From assembly GCA_905178155.1 (NCBI GenBank), contig CAJINV010000006.1:3160437-3224436 (forward strand): a DNA stretch of 64,000 bases, read 5' to 3'. How positions within the stretch are numbered: the stretch's first letter is position 1; the number at the start of each line of letters is the position of its first letter. Source of the DNA: Amoebophrya sp. A120. Lineage: Eukaryota > Protista > Dinoflagellata. Shown in pieces: positions 36,101-47,700 of the stretch. The notes beneath the pieces are model-generated. The model had not been told where the DNA came from. It did not search any database and was given only the letters and a program-made list of their open reading frames with translations. The position numbers and the translations under genes were made by a program.

Positions 36101-39100
36101 GCTCTTCACTCGATCACAACCGCTGGATCACAGGTCGCCGGACCTTAGGCGTCCAAGGGCTTGCCGCAGCCTGCTTTCGCATCCTCTCGAAGAGGCCCAA
36201 AAGCCTGCCATTGCCTAGGGCTTTTCATGTGGCTGCCCATGCAGTGGCCTCTCATTGCTTTGAGAAGGCGGCGCCGCATTTTTTGGGCAGGAAGCGACCA
36301 GCGATCAGCCCCCGGCCTTTGTCTGTGGGTGGGCTGGTGGGTTCGCGCCTTCACAAATCGGGGGATTTTCTTCTAGCAAAGACGGACAACAAAGACGAAG
36401 GCCAAAAATAGCTTTTTTTTTGGCTTCCGAAATATCTTTTTTTCGTCTCCCAAAATATCTCCGGACTTTCCCGAAATATCTCCGCGAGCGACAAGGAAAG
36501 CAAAAAAAACTATCTCAAAAGTTATTTTAGCGCCGATGCTATGGAGATACTTTGGGAGATATTTCTGGAAATATTCCGAGATACTTCCGCGGAGCTTTCC
36601 GAGACACTTTCTGGCCAAAAAAGCGTCGCCCAAAATATCTTTTTTCGGCTTCCAAAAATATCTTTTTTTGGCTTCCCAAAATATCTTTTTTCGGCTCTTC
36701 AAAATAGCTTCTTCCTTCTAGACCTTTTGGTCTGCGGATAAGGAGGGGGAAAAAGAGGGACAATCAAGATGCCCGAGGCGGCTACTTAAGGCTCCGTCAG
36801 GGTGCGCGCAGCAGGTGCGTGCCCAATGTTGCGTTGCCCTCAGGGTACCAGCGGCGCCCACCTAGGCGGGACGCACGCTCGCAGTGCCGGCGCGGGCAAC
36901 TTAAAAACCGCTAGGGAGAATGGGGGCCGGGGCGTGACACCTAGAGCTCGCGCAACAAAGTGCAGGGAGGCAGCGCGCAGCGTGTCATGCCGCCTGTGCC
37001 TTAGGACACCGCGCAAGCGCGCGGGCTCTATGCGCTAGCACAAGCGATGCGCCTCGCGCGCAATACCGCCGCCGCGCCAAGCAAAGGCTCCGCGGCTTTG
37101 GCAGGGCGGGCGTGAGGCGCTTTGTTGGGTTCAATTTTTTTTTTGAAAAAAAAAATATCAAAAAAACGGGAGATAATTTGGCTTCGGGTGCCATCCAGAC
37201 GGGCCCATGATAACAATAACTAAACAGGGCCCTCACCACCTCCTACGCTCCCAACGGAACCCTACTCCACCCGAACAACTCCGGCGGACCATATCAAATG
37301 CAAAAATGTCTGCTTCTGGAAGATTGCGAGGTTTGTCATGCACATTTTGCATGACTCCTGACGTCTGTGATGCATGCCCTAGCATCACAGATTTTGTGAG
37401 GGCTTCCTGATGTCTATACCGCATGACAAATGCTCTTTCCGTGTAGCAAAATTTGGACTCTCTTTGCTGCTTATGCAATACAGATTTTTTTAGAATCCAA
37501 AATCAGCATGACAAGTTGCATTCTTCCAGACCCAGACACTTTTGCATGTGATAGGTCAATGCTGCTGCCCACAGGTGGAGCGCAGAATCAGCAGGATCCA
37601 GCTAACGCCAGTCCGAACAAGTTGAGAAATCAATCGGTCGGGAATTGGCAGTCGTACTACCGTATGCATTGCAAAAGTATCGTACGTAGTATGAATTGCA
37701 TCACAAATTCAAATTCTGTCAAGAAGAAAAATGCAACTTGTCATGCTTGTTTACCTAAAAGGGGTAGTTTGTCATGCACGATAGCAATGACCACGAGTGC
37801 GATATCACTTTTGCAATGCATATACCGGAATTACGGCCAGAACCTCGCGGACAACGATCCGAACCGACCGGGCAGTCCGCAGAACCGCGTGCTGCAGCAA
37901 ATCAACCGAACGCGGTACGTATGCATTGCAAAAGCATCGCACTCGTTGTATCGCAATCCTGCACTACAGATCTTTTTCTTAACGTAAATCAGCATTGCAA
38001 ATTTTATTTCTCATGCTGAGGAAATTTGTAATGCATTTATATAGCTACGATAGCGAAGATACTTTTGCAATTCATAGTACAACGGTCAAGGGGGTGCGCC
38101 TGGGGTAGAGATGATGCTCGAAGGTCCGGTCATGATGGAGAACGGCTCGCCACTGAAGAGCAGGAGCATGAACGGTGCAAGTGGGGGGCAACTACATGGC
38201 TCGTCGCAGGACTTGCAACAGGTGCGTATGTTGAAAAGTTCAAACGTAATAAGAATCGTTTTTCAGTTCCTTCATTCCTATTGTCCACGCTCTGGAGGTG
38301 CATTTGGATTTGTCATTCTTTCAAAATCAAAACCAAGAAGTACGAAAAAACAAAATAAACGCCAGACCGCCGCCAACCAAGCTGCTTCTAGTACAAGTTC
38401 CACGCTGCACAACGCGAAAGTGTCCGCCTTGGCCAGAAAAGCTTACCCAACCATATGACCTGCTCAAGCATTACAATCTCAAACGTTACAACAGAATCTT
38501 CTTGGACTTGTCTTGCACAATGAGCATGGCAGACTCGCAGAGCGTTCCACTTTCTGCAATACAAATTTCGCCAGATTGTAGTGAGGTTTGGGATGACTCC
38601 GGAACTTGTCATGCGCAATCGTATGAGAGTTGGCTAGATCATGCATTTCTTGCATCACAGATTTGCTCTTCCATATTCTATTGCACCGGTTAAGAAGATT
38701 GTAACATCTGAGCGGGGTATAAATCAACAACCTCGTGGAGCAGCATTCGGAGCTGATCGGCCCCCCGGTGGATGTCAATTTATCGAAAGAAAAAACTGTT
38801 TCACTGTAAGCTAGATAGTGATGCACAGAATTCTGGAATCAACAGAAGGATTTGTGTTTGTCTTGCTACACCTACCTGATGCACCATGACAGTGTCCTCT
38901 CGGTAGTTGTGTTTTCACCCGCTGCCCTCAGACATGGCAAGTTTTTCTATGTCTTCATGCGTAACTACGAACTTGTGATGCGAATTTTGCAAAATTATCC
39001 TTACATCAGTGGAGCATTGTTTTCCCGCGATACAGTTGGTCCCCCAAGCAAAGACCGAGAGCCTTGTCGATGCCGCGGCCAAGGACAGCTGAGTTATCGA

Positions 39101-39340
39101 CATGATCGCAAAAGTAGAAGTGTCTCGCTTGTTGCCTTGCAGCACCACTGCATCACAAATCTCATTAATTTCATCTCGATTTGTCATGCTGAGCAGATTT
39201 TTTGATGTCATGCAAAAGGAGCAAGAACTACTAGCGTATCAATCGACAAAAATACTTTTGCAGTGCATATCACCGGAAGAGCAACAATGTGTCCAGCACG
39301 ACGAGTAGCGTGATTATGGGAGTGGATATCGAGTTGTGAT
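24131..39340 (+). CDS. Tubulin-tyrosine ligase-like protein (tubulin polyglutamylase, TTLL4/5-like) with long low-complexity tail; >30 introns; start and end approximate
   Basis: Spliced motifs: [133 protein letters not shown]. Confidence 0.93.
24302..24451. mobile_element. Introner family A
   Basis: TIRs; DR TGTGG. Confidence 0.9.
24525..24706. mobile_element. Introner family E
   Basis: TIRs; DR AAGGC/AATGC. Confidence 0.8.
24765..25081. mobile_element. Introner family C (diverged)
   Basis: TIRs; DR AGAGA/AGAAA. Confidence 0.82.
25115..25306 (+). other. Canonical GT-AG intron with residual TGTGATGC motif
   Basis: AG|GT...CAG|; joins IPPIS-FERVPG in frame. Confidence 0.75.
25366..25522. 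mobile_element. Introner family A
   Basis: TIRs; DR CGTGC. Confidence 0.92.
25621..25878. mobile_element. Introner family C
   Basis: TIRs; DR GCAGA/ACAGA. Confidence 0.9.
25982..26170. mobile_element. Introner family H
   Basis: TATGCACAGTAAATT...AATTTTGTGTTGCATA; DR ACTAC/ATTGC. Confidence 0.8.
26234..26571. mobile_element. Introner family F
   Basis: TIRs; DR GGGCT/TGGCT; splits [13 protein letters not shown]. Confidence 0.88.
26635..26994. mobile_element. Introner family C with internal expansion ending in (GAT)n
   Basis: TIRs; DR CGACT. Confidence 0.9.
27119..27289 (+). other. Canonical GT-AG intron with introner-like remnants
   Basis: Joins [12 protein letters not shown]; contains TAACGTTAAC and GCATGACA. 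Confidence 0.85.
27362..28422. mobile_element. Introner family A with ~0.9-kb nested insert
   Basis: TIRs at both ends; DR GATAT; joins LTVI-CRYVENP. Confidence 0.9.
27485..28392. mobile_element. Nested GC-rich element: AGAGGT repeats, 13-bp (CCACCCTCTCGCG)n minisatellite at ~27978-28148, terminal hairpin
   Basis: Layout and right end resemble 15166-17510. Confidence 0.75.
28469..28738. mobile_element. Introner family C
   Basis: TIRs; DR TGAAG/TGCAG; splits K-FDLR. Confidence 0.92.
28857..29078. mobile_element. Introner family B
   Basis: TATGACAGTGCACAACTAC...GTAGTTGTGCACTGTCATA; DR GAGGA. Confidence 0.94.
29120..29278 (+). other. Canonical GT-AG intron with residual GTCATGC/GCATGACA pair
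   Basis: Joins HLTNY-SINK. Confidence 0.85.
29374..29641. mobile_element. Introner family C
   Basis: TIRs; DR GCATC/ACATC. Confidence 0.9.
30191..30313. mobile_element. Introner family A (short, 123 bp)
   Basis: TIRs; DR GGTTA/GGCTA; splits [12 protein letters not shown]. Confidence 0.9.
30371..30628. mobile_element. Introner family C
   Basis: TIRs; DR CACGC. Confidence 0.92.
30897..31069. mobile_element. Introner family A
   Basis: TIRs; DR ACCTC/ACCCC. Confidence 0.86.
31122..31380. mobile_element. Introner family C
   Basis: TIRs; DR CACAG. Confidence 0.92.
31436..31587. mobile_element. Introner family A
   Basis: TIRs; DR GAAGC. Confidence 0.92.
31678..31932. mobile_element. Introner family C
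   Basis: TIRs; DR TGCTC. Confidence 0.9.
32031..32169. mobile_element. Introner family A
   Basis: TIRs; DR GAATC. Confidence 0.92.
32271..32431. mobile_element. Introner family E (opposite orientation to 11580)
   Basis: TIR including TAACGTTAACGG; DR TGCGG/CGCGG. Confidence 0.86.
32620..32938. mobile_element. Introner family G (opposite orientation to 7309)
   Basis: TIRs; DR CGGCA. Confidence 0.92.
33625..33898. mobile_element. Introner family C
   Basis: TIRs; DR GACTC/GAGTC. Confidence 0.88.
34004..34273. mobile_element. Introner family C
   Basis: TIRs; DR ACGAA. Confidence 0.92.
34648..34800. mobile_element. Introner family A
   Basis: TIRs; DR GTCGT. Confidence 0.92.
34865..35158. mobile_element. 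Introner family F
   Basis: TIRs; DR GATGA. Confidence 0.9.
35207..35359. mobile_element. Introner family A
   Basis: TIRs; DR GCACA. Confidence 0.92.
35521..35675. mobile_element. Introner family H
   Basis: TATCCACAGTAAATTTCCCGTAC...GTACGGGAAATTTGTATTGCATA; DR GCCGT. Confidence 0.9.
35780..37227 (+). other. Probable GT-AG intron derived from a family-A introner that lost its TIRs and carries a nested transposon
   Basis: GT at 35780; family-A core ~35786-35875; CTAAACAG ending 37227. Confidence 0.6.
35883..37213. mobile_element. 1.33-kb non-autonomous TIR DNA transposon with 6-bp target-site duplication
   Basis: TTATCATGGGC...GCCCATGATAA; subterminal CCGTTTTTTTGATATTTT also inverted; CAATAA on both sides. 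Confidence 0.88.
37292..37553. mobile_element. Introner family C
   Basis: TIRs; DR GACCA/GGTCA. Confidence 0.86.
37663..37822. mobile_element. Introner family A
   Basis: TIRs; DR TACCG. Confidence 0.92.
37920..38076. mobile_element. Introner family A
   Basis: TIRs; DR GTACG/GTACA. Confidence 0.9.
38454..38721. mobile_element. Introner family I
   Basis: TATGACCTGCTCAAGCATTACAATCT...AGATTGTAACATCTGAGCGGGGTATA; DR AACCA/AATCA. Confidence 0.78.
38781..39032. mobile_element. Introner family D
   Basis: TIRs; DR CAATT/CAGTT. Confidence 0.82.
39095..39269. mobile_element. Introner family A (degenerate 5' end)
   Basis: 3' TIR TTTTGCAGTGCATA and internal motifs; DR not evident. Confidence 0.6.
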
Positions 39341-41720
39341 TTGTCATGCGGTTCGTTTACTTGGGAGCCGGCGTGGGAGTTGTGGATGCTGTTCTTGCTG
39401 TCACGCACAAAAGTGATCCGACAAGTAGAAGCATCGGCGTACTTCAACAGAATTTTATGATGTAGTATTGCAGTATCAGTATCAAATTCAAATCGGAGTA
39501 CAAAGTTATGAATTTAGCAGCAGGGTTTAAAAAAGTAAGTAGAAGTAGCAATCACTTACTACGACCTTTTACATCAATGACGTCAAGATTTTTACACAAA
39601 AATGTCAGAATGTCCTTATTGTCAACTTTATGCATAATATTCGGCTATCCGCCTGACAAACGTGAAGACGCGCTTCTTGTCGCGGTTTGTGCATGGCAGA
39701 AAAAACTTTGAAATTTTGGAAAATGTTCTTGATAACGATAACTCCTATCGCATTTTAGTGAATTAGTGAACTTGTTGTGTTGCTGGTGTACTAGTTGCAG
39801 AACGAGGAGTTGTACTAAGGCGCAACAAGCTGCAACTACGGTTATTTTCAAATTTCCGGAAAGAGGTTGAACTTGAATCCAAAATGTAACATCACCACGC
39901 AGACGAGCCAGAGCAGACTCAGTCTGACTGGTACAACTGTCACTGCCTTGGAACTGTTTCAACTAAACAAATTCAAATTTATCAATTTTTATTGAGCTAC
40001 TGTTTGCTATTGTTTCCAAAGTTGTAGACACAACTACAACGACGACCTTGAGTTACTATTTCCCCTGTAGAATCATCAAGAAGAAAAACAAAACCTTAAC
40101 CTCCAGAATAATGAAAAGTAATACTCGTTTGCAAATAAACTATCAGACCACTCCTCTACTGTGGCAGCACCATCTCCTATTTGTTTCTATTTCACATTTG
40201 CTCAATGGTTCAAAAATACTTAATATTGCAGATTCCTATATGCTTTATCCTATGCAAAGAGTTTAGTTGGTGGCTCTTAATTTAGAAGTGCCACCTCTAA
40301 CAACTCGTTTCAGTGAGCTTCTATACTTTTTATTTGCGAATTATTGTCATCCTCAACAGTAGAGCGGTCGCGCCGTTGGGGGAAGGCGTGACTGGCGATC
40401 TAATATCTCAGTGCTAGTATATGATCACCAGTATCTTCAGATCGAATGATGAAACTTCCTTGCGCTCGACCAGGCGGCCACCAGCAGGAGAATTAATGAC
40501 TCTATCTAAAATTTATCAAAAAGATGAAAATCCACCTTGCATTTTTCCTGAACTAGTTACGAGCTCGTCCCTCCTTCGTAGTAGGCCTAGATTCAAGAAT
40601 GTCAACTTCCATGACAGCACGACGGCGCACCGACTACGGGAGAAGAACCCTGAACAAAAAGTAGAAAGAACATCCCAAAGAAGTAGAAGATATTGGTGGT
40701 CGCAATCAGAAGTCACACGACAGCACGGAGTTATGCATTTGAACAAAAAAGATGCTGGTAGAGTTGATGTATCGAACGAGCTAATTTTTGAATTCCAAAT
40801 AATTTCTGAAGACTCTATCAAAAAGCAGGAGAGCGAGAAAGATGTAAAATGTAAAATGAGATAAGCACTGAAAAAAAGCTACTGGTCGTGTTGTACTTTT
40901 CTGTACAGACGCAGGTAGTTGTGCAGCAACAGCTTCATTGCTAATTGCAATTCTGACGGCACTACAGAACCGTGTTCTACTCCGTAGTGCGTATCTGACG
41001 AGATAATTGAACAAGCATCCGGCTGCTCGTGATTATAGCCGCGGCGGGGGTGCTTTTTTATTTTTACCCTCATAACCCCGTCGTCCCATATTTATCGTAG
41101 CTGTCCTCTCTGCCCGCCATTTTTCCCTCGCAGGACCCTCCAACGTTAGTACCACGAAATGTAGTTGTACAAGAACTTAGAATTTCAAGTCGGCAAAAAT
41201 TATTGCAATGCCATCAACATCGTTCTTGTCGAAAGCGAAAAGCCAGCTGTAGAGGAAGTTCATGAAGTTTTTGTCCGTACTTGTTATAGAAATTGTCGCG
41301 TTTGAAGACCCGTCCCCGTGGTAGTGGTTCCAAGAAGAAGATGATGATAAAGCAACACCTCTACGCTTGAAGTGACGTCACTAGAGACGAGTTTTTGAAA
41401 ACAAAATAACGGACGGAGTAAAAATGCGACACCACCGTGGAGGACATGTTCACAAAGATGAACAAGACAAGATCAAGAGCTGCCACAAGAACGACCGCAC
41501 GACCGCCGTTGTAGCTACTAGGACTCGTCGTCGCTGTCCAGGCTAGTACGTAGTGCCACGACGTCGCTTCACTGTTTAGTCCGTTCCTTCAATCAGCCAC
41601 GACAAGGACCACCTGAGTGCGGTTTTCTTGTACCATCTAGCGTGTTGAAAGCGTGACTTAGTACAACCAACCGCAGTATCATACGATACGGGCAGACACG
41701 ACTACAGCTACACCAAGACG

Positions 41721-44700
41721 ATGGGGGGTGGCGGCAAGTACTACTTCAGCAAGAAATCGCAGATACCAAATGCAAATATGTCTGCCTCTGGAAGGTTATA
41801 GCTTGTGATGCTGCCTTTGGATTCTACAAAAACCTGTATTGCATGAGGAGCATTAATACGAGTCCAACCTGTGCTACGCGGGCGGGGCATTTCTCATGCG
41901 GTAGAGGCATGAGGAAGCCCTCGCAAAATCTGTGATGCTAGAGCATACATCACAGACATCCTGGGTCCGTCTTCCAAAACCTGCATGACAAACTCCTACA
42001 CCCATGCAGACCCAGACATAGTTGCAGTTGATAGCAGATCTACGAGCATTATTGCTACGTGTCGCCCCGGGATGTGAAATTTGCGCTGAATTGGAACGAG
42101 AAGCAGGACGAAGGAAAAGGAAACCAAAGTAGAGATGAGAGAAAATCAAGGGGAACAGGTGATCAGACAGGAGGATCTAGCGCGGCGGCGGGGGCCAAGA
42201 ACAAGAACTCTTCTACCAACTCAACTTCAACTTCATCCTGCGCTCGGGTGGAACAATGGTTCGAAGGGTATTTCGTCGTCTACAAGCCCTCCATGTGGAT
42301 TTGCGACAACGAGTATGGAGGCGTCAGGTTTGAAATCGACAAAGTTGAAACGATTTGCCATGCATAAAGTGCAAGGCATGAAGTGCCTGTCTTGCCGGGA
42401 TGGCAAGCGAGGCCAATTGTGGGCCTGTTTAGGGTTTGAAATAGAGCTACTCAACTAGCATGACAAAAGCAGTCTTCTGTGCCCAAATAGCATGACAAAT
42501 TGGATTCCGGTGCTCCGAAAATTTGTCATGCGCCGCTTATTGAGTGGGCTTCCGACTGGTATCGGTTTTATGCATGACAAACTATTTCAACTTTGACGAT
42601 TTCGATCCTGACACATCCATAACGAAAACGCGGATGATATCCGAAAGGAGGGAACGTCGGGGCACTATCCAAGAAAAAAACGTTGTAGGTGTAACTTTTT
42701 CGGCGGAACAGCATTACAAATTCGTCTGGCATGACAGCAAAAACCTGTCATGCGCAGATAGTATGTAGTGAGGTCACCGAACGGTTCTAACCGGGGAGTT
42801 TTTTTGACATATACCCTGAAAAACGACCGGCAATTTTCAAGCGGCCGGAAGCGTTTTTTGATACAAAATATTTTCAATTATCAAGCCTCCGGGGCTTTGC
42901 CAACAAACAAGCCCGGTCGAAAACTATCGACTCGCACTTGATAAAACGACGCAGGGGAGCCGGCAAAAGGAGCGCCCTTCTGAGGCGCCCACCGCCTTGG
43001 TTTCTCGCGATTTCGGGCGCCCAAAAGGGCGCCCGAGAAAAACGCGCCCAAAATCAGAACAGCGAAACTGCATGGCACGGCCGCGATTTTAGAGCATTTT
43101 TGGCGGCCGCGAAAGCGGTCGCCTTTCCGCCGGTTTCAGAGCCTGGGAAGCTTTGCAAAAAGCGCCGGCGAGAAAAATAAAAACCCAAAAGAGAAAAAGC
43201 GCGCCAGACGCGCAAAGCCAATCCGCATGCTATGGGCCCGATTTTTCTTCGCTTTTTGGGCGCCTTCCGTGGCGCCCGGATCGGCCCTATAGCATGGGGG
43301 CTGGCTTTCGGAAAGGAATTTCGGAAATTTGCCAGAATTTGCGATGTTCATCACGCGGCCGCCATACCGTGCGGCCTAACGTTACTCGCGGCGGTATGGC
43401 GAGCCCAGAAAAAGCAAAGCCGCGGTCAAGGCGACTGCCGGCAAGAAAACGCCCACGACGTCACTACCTCCGCCCCGGCGGCTATATTTGGTACGACTTG
43501 AAAACGGCCTTTAATGGTAATGGGCCCTACGACGCATGCCAAGCATGACAGACGCAATCTTTTTGCATGTTGCGCATCACAAATTTACACTAACAGCGTT
43601 TTTTTCTTGGATACGCACAAGCCGAAGAACATAGTCACCTGGTTGATCGCAAATTACGGAAAAGCGTACCCCTTTCTATCAGACTGCACAACTCCCCCCT
43701 CCTTGTCATTTGTAATGCAAAATACCAAACTCACTCTCACACCTTGCTCGTAAGTACCATCAGCATGACAAATAATTTCGGAACGACCTCAAATAGTACT
43801 TCTACAATCCACATGCCGATTTGTCATGCGAAAGCTCCTTTCGTGCTGTTGCTTGTGTTGCTGTTGATGCCATACAAATGAGGGGGACGGGGAGTTGATG
43901 TGCATTTTCATACTTTCTCTGCCACAACTTCAACGTCTTCACGAACAGCAGTTTCTCCAGCTGCACGGAATCGGAGAAAGAATGGGAGCAGAGGCTTTTA
44001 TTTCAAGACCATAGTGCCAAGAGTGACAACAGCGGGAGGAATTCTAGTCGAAGGAGTGGCGCAGGCACTGCTTTTGCCGCAACTGACAGGACAATCACCA
44101 CGACGACCGGAAGAACTACAAGTGTTGACAACAAGGACAAGGAGCTTGAAGAAGCCCTGCAGCAGATTCGGACCAAGTCCCAGTTCGGCTTGCTCCACCG
44201 CCTCGACCGAGAGACCTCAGGCTGCATTTTGGTTGCTTATACCAGAGAGGCGTTTGTGCAATTACAAACGACGAAACGGCAGAAGATGTGGCACAAGGAA
44301 TACGAAACTTTGGTGCACGGAACCATCCTATGCAAAGAAAAAACTGTTTGACTGTGATGATTTTGCAAGATCTGCATCACAAGTTTGCTACACATGAGAC
44401 AAAAAACCTGTCATGCGCGTTTCCCAGGGGAAAACACGCTTGAAATTCCGATGCCTTGCAGGTGTAGCAAGACAAATACTTCTGTGGTCCATTTTCTGCA
44501 TCACAAGTTCACAGTTTTTTCTTGCGATACATCCCACCCCGGCTCTGGCGGGACCAAATCGCGATTCCGCTGAAAAAACGAGCGAGAGCTGCCATGTGGG
44601 AAGCGACAAAAAGTCCGAACCGGTACGTCACTGCACACAAGGCGCAGCAAGCATCCAACCGAAATAGCAATCGGTTCTTCTCTGCTGGGGTGAAGTTTGT

Positions 44701-47700
44701 CGTGCAGAAGTGCGAATGTTGCTCGGAGTCGCTGAGGAACTTCAAGAGGGAGATATCCTGTGTAAAAACCTGCCCACGACCCAGAGTTGTCATGCAGATG
44801 TACAATTACAGAAGAGAAGACGTTTGTAATGCGCTTGTCCATGACGGGCATTTCCGATCGTGTTTTGGAATCTGTAATGCTGTAAACCGGATGAGAAAAT
44901 GGTTTCCTCATGCGGCTTCCTGTGCTAAACAACACTACACTGCAGATGGAAACTTGTCATGCACAACTCCCAAACCTTGGAGACTTGTGTTGCAGATTTA
45001 CCAACTTCACTCTCGGGTGGGGACGTTTTTACTCAGGATAGGAGAACGGATTGACAGACTACCAGCTAGACGGGGTAACTTTCCCGGGCTGCAAGTACAA
45101 CCGGAGGCCAGAAAGGGTGAGACAAAAGCACATGCTGGAGCTGAAGAAAACTTTCGCGTTGACAGACGAGCAAAATGACCAGTATGAAAGCAGTATGAAC
45201 TGCAAAAGTATCGTATTCGTATAAATGCATTACAAATTTCCTCTGCATGAGAGATAAAATTTGTAATGCGGATTTAGCTTAAGAAAAAGATTTGTAATGC
45301 ATGATTGCAATACGAGCGCGATACTTTTGCACAGGATAAGCGGAGCTTTTCTGCAGGAGTGCACCTGGGCGGAGAACCAGAAATACGACTGGGAGTGTTT
45401 GGAATATGAACTGCAAAAGTATCGTACTGGTAGTAATCGCAATCATGCAATACAAACTTCCATCCCAAGGTAAAACAGCATGACAAATTCCATTTGTCAT
45501 GCTGACCGAATTTGTAATGCGATTTCTTCTAGTACGATGCTTTTGCAATGCATATGGAACACGACAACACAATGTCCACTCTAACCTATGAGGTCATCGG
45601 ATACTACAAGTATTTCAGCAAGAAAGACAAAAGAGAGTTTCCCATGACGCGACTGCGTGTGAAACTCCAGACGGGCAGGACGCACCAGATCCGCGCGCAG
45701 TTGAAATTCTTGCTGGAAGACCTTGCGGCGGACGATAACGCGGGAAAGTTTGCGATGAGCTGGAAAAAACAGTTCTTGAACAAGGTAAAGAGTGAGGAAA
45801 AGGGAAATTCAAATAGTGGCGCATCTAGTGCTGGTGGTGTGGTGAAGAAATTAAACGCAGAAGTTGTACACCAAAAAGCTGATGAGAAAAACAACCCTGA
45901 AGACGAATCTTCTTCGCCATCTGACGACAGAAAAAACATCTTCTCCATGTCTCCCTCATACCCGGTTTGCGGTATTGTGGGGGACTTCTGTTACACGCAC
46001 GGCATTATCAAATGCAAATATGTCTGGATCTGGAATAAACCTGTGATGCTGGCTGGCGAAAAATCCTGAGGACGCCACAAGTATTAGCGGCTCAGCATGA
46101 CAAGTTTCTGATTTGCTAGGTGTTGCGCATTCTGCATGACAAACCGCGTCCCGGCATGGCAGAAAAGTGGGGCTTTTGGGTAACGAGCATGACAGACTTT
46201 GGCGTCATGCTAGCAGAGCATGACAGACCTTCCAGTCTTCCAGACCCAGACATTTTTGCAGTCCATAGTGATTTACAAATTTGACGAGTCGCGCGCAAAG
46301 GACAAACATGACCGGAACGACGCGCTCTTCTGGCAGAATCAGGCGAAGGAGACGTTTACAAGTGCGGAGCAATTGAGCGAATACGAAAGTTGGCAGAAGG
46401 ACGCTTGGCTTTCCGAGTACAACTACGAAGTGCGGAAGAAGCAGGAGAATATCCTCTGCAAAAGTATCGTACTCGTAGTAATTGCAATCGTGCATTACAA
46501 ATTTTTATCTCAAGGTAAATCCGCATGACAAATTTTATTTCTCATGCTGCGGGAATTTGTCATGCATTTCTACGAGTACGATACTTTTGCATTTGATAGA
46601 GAAAACTTTGGAGCAAATCGACTCCGAATTGTTCGGCGAGGATAACAATAACCGGCGTCGGGTCTTCTTACACACCGGGGTGTTAGGCTGGCCAACTCCG
46701 GAGTCGAACAACGTGGAAGTGCAGTGCGTGAAGACCGAGTTACTATGACAGTGCACAACTCCCCCTCGTTCTCATTTCTCATGCAAAAGCCCAAATCAAG
46801 TTGCTTCCCTGCGTCACTATTATGCATGACAGATTCCGGAAGCCCAAACAGTACTACACTAGGCGAATGAATGTGTCATGCACACCTGTGCCGGTGTTTG
46901 TATTGCTGTTCATGCAACACAAATGAGGGCGGGGGGGAGTTGTGTACTCTCATAGTTACCGGTCGAATTGCAGAACGTTTTTTCCAAACTGACCGTCGAT
47001 GAAGAGTTGCAGAATCAACTGAAAAAATGGAAGGAGGAGATGACGGGCGTCAATGTCCGATCCGCCAGGTCGAGCAAGCAGAACGAAAAAACCGCGAAGC
47101 CGCCGACAGAATACCTTTCCACCGAGGGACTGACAACCCATCAACGGATGAAAAAGTGGCTGTATGAGTTCGGGTTGAACCGCAAAACGGAAATCGCCTT
47201 GAACAGCTTCTACCGGAGTAATACGCTTTGCAAAGGTATCGCACTCGTAAGTAAAAATTGCAGTGACCACGCATTACAAATCGCGTGCCTAAAGGTAAAT
47301 CTGCATCACAAAAAGAGAAATTCGATTTTTCATGCTGAGGAAATCATTTGTAATGCGTTCTTGCTACTACACTAGTGGTGCGAAGATGCTTTTGCAATGC
47401 ATAAGGAAAGACGAGAAAAAAATGGACGATTTCATCCGGGAGTGGCACGCGTTTTGTCCGATGGTCAAGGTTGAAACGAGGAAAATGGACGGGGCGAAAT
47501 CTGTGAAACTGAAGTCCGCGGCGGTTCGGGGATTCGAGCCCTGGAAGGAGGACATTGCTGCGAAGAGTAGTACGACGAGCTCGCCCAGTGGCAGTGCGTC
47601 CTCACGACGCCGGGGACAAGAAGTTGTTGAGGGAGATGAAGAGCAGCACGACCGTGCTGGGCGAGGAAGAAGATCTTCGGAGAAACAAGATGAAAGCAGA

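Noticed and set aside
39400-41700. Hidden gene or RNA gene in the long intergenic region
   Set aside because: Only short ORFs without motifs; no tRNA, rRNA or spliced-leader sequence recognised by eye.
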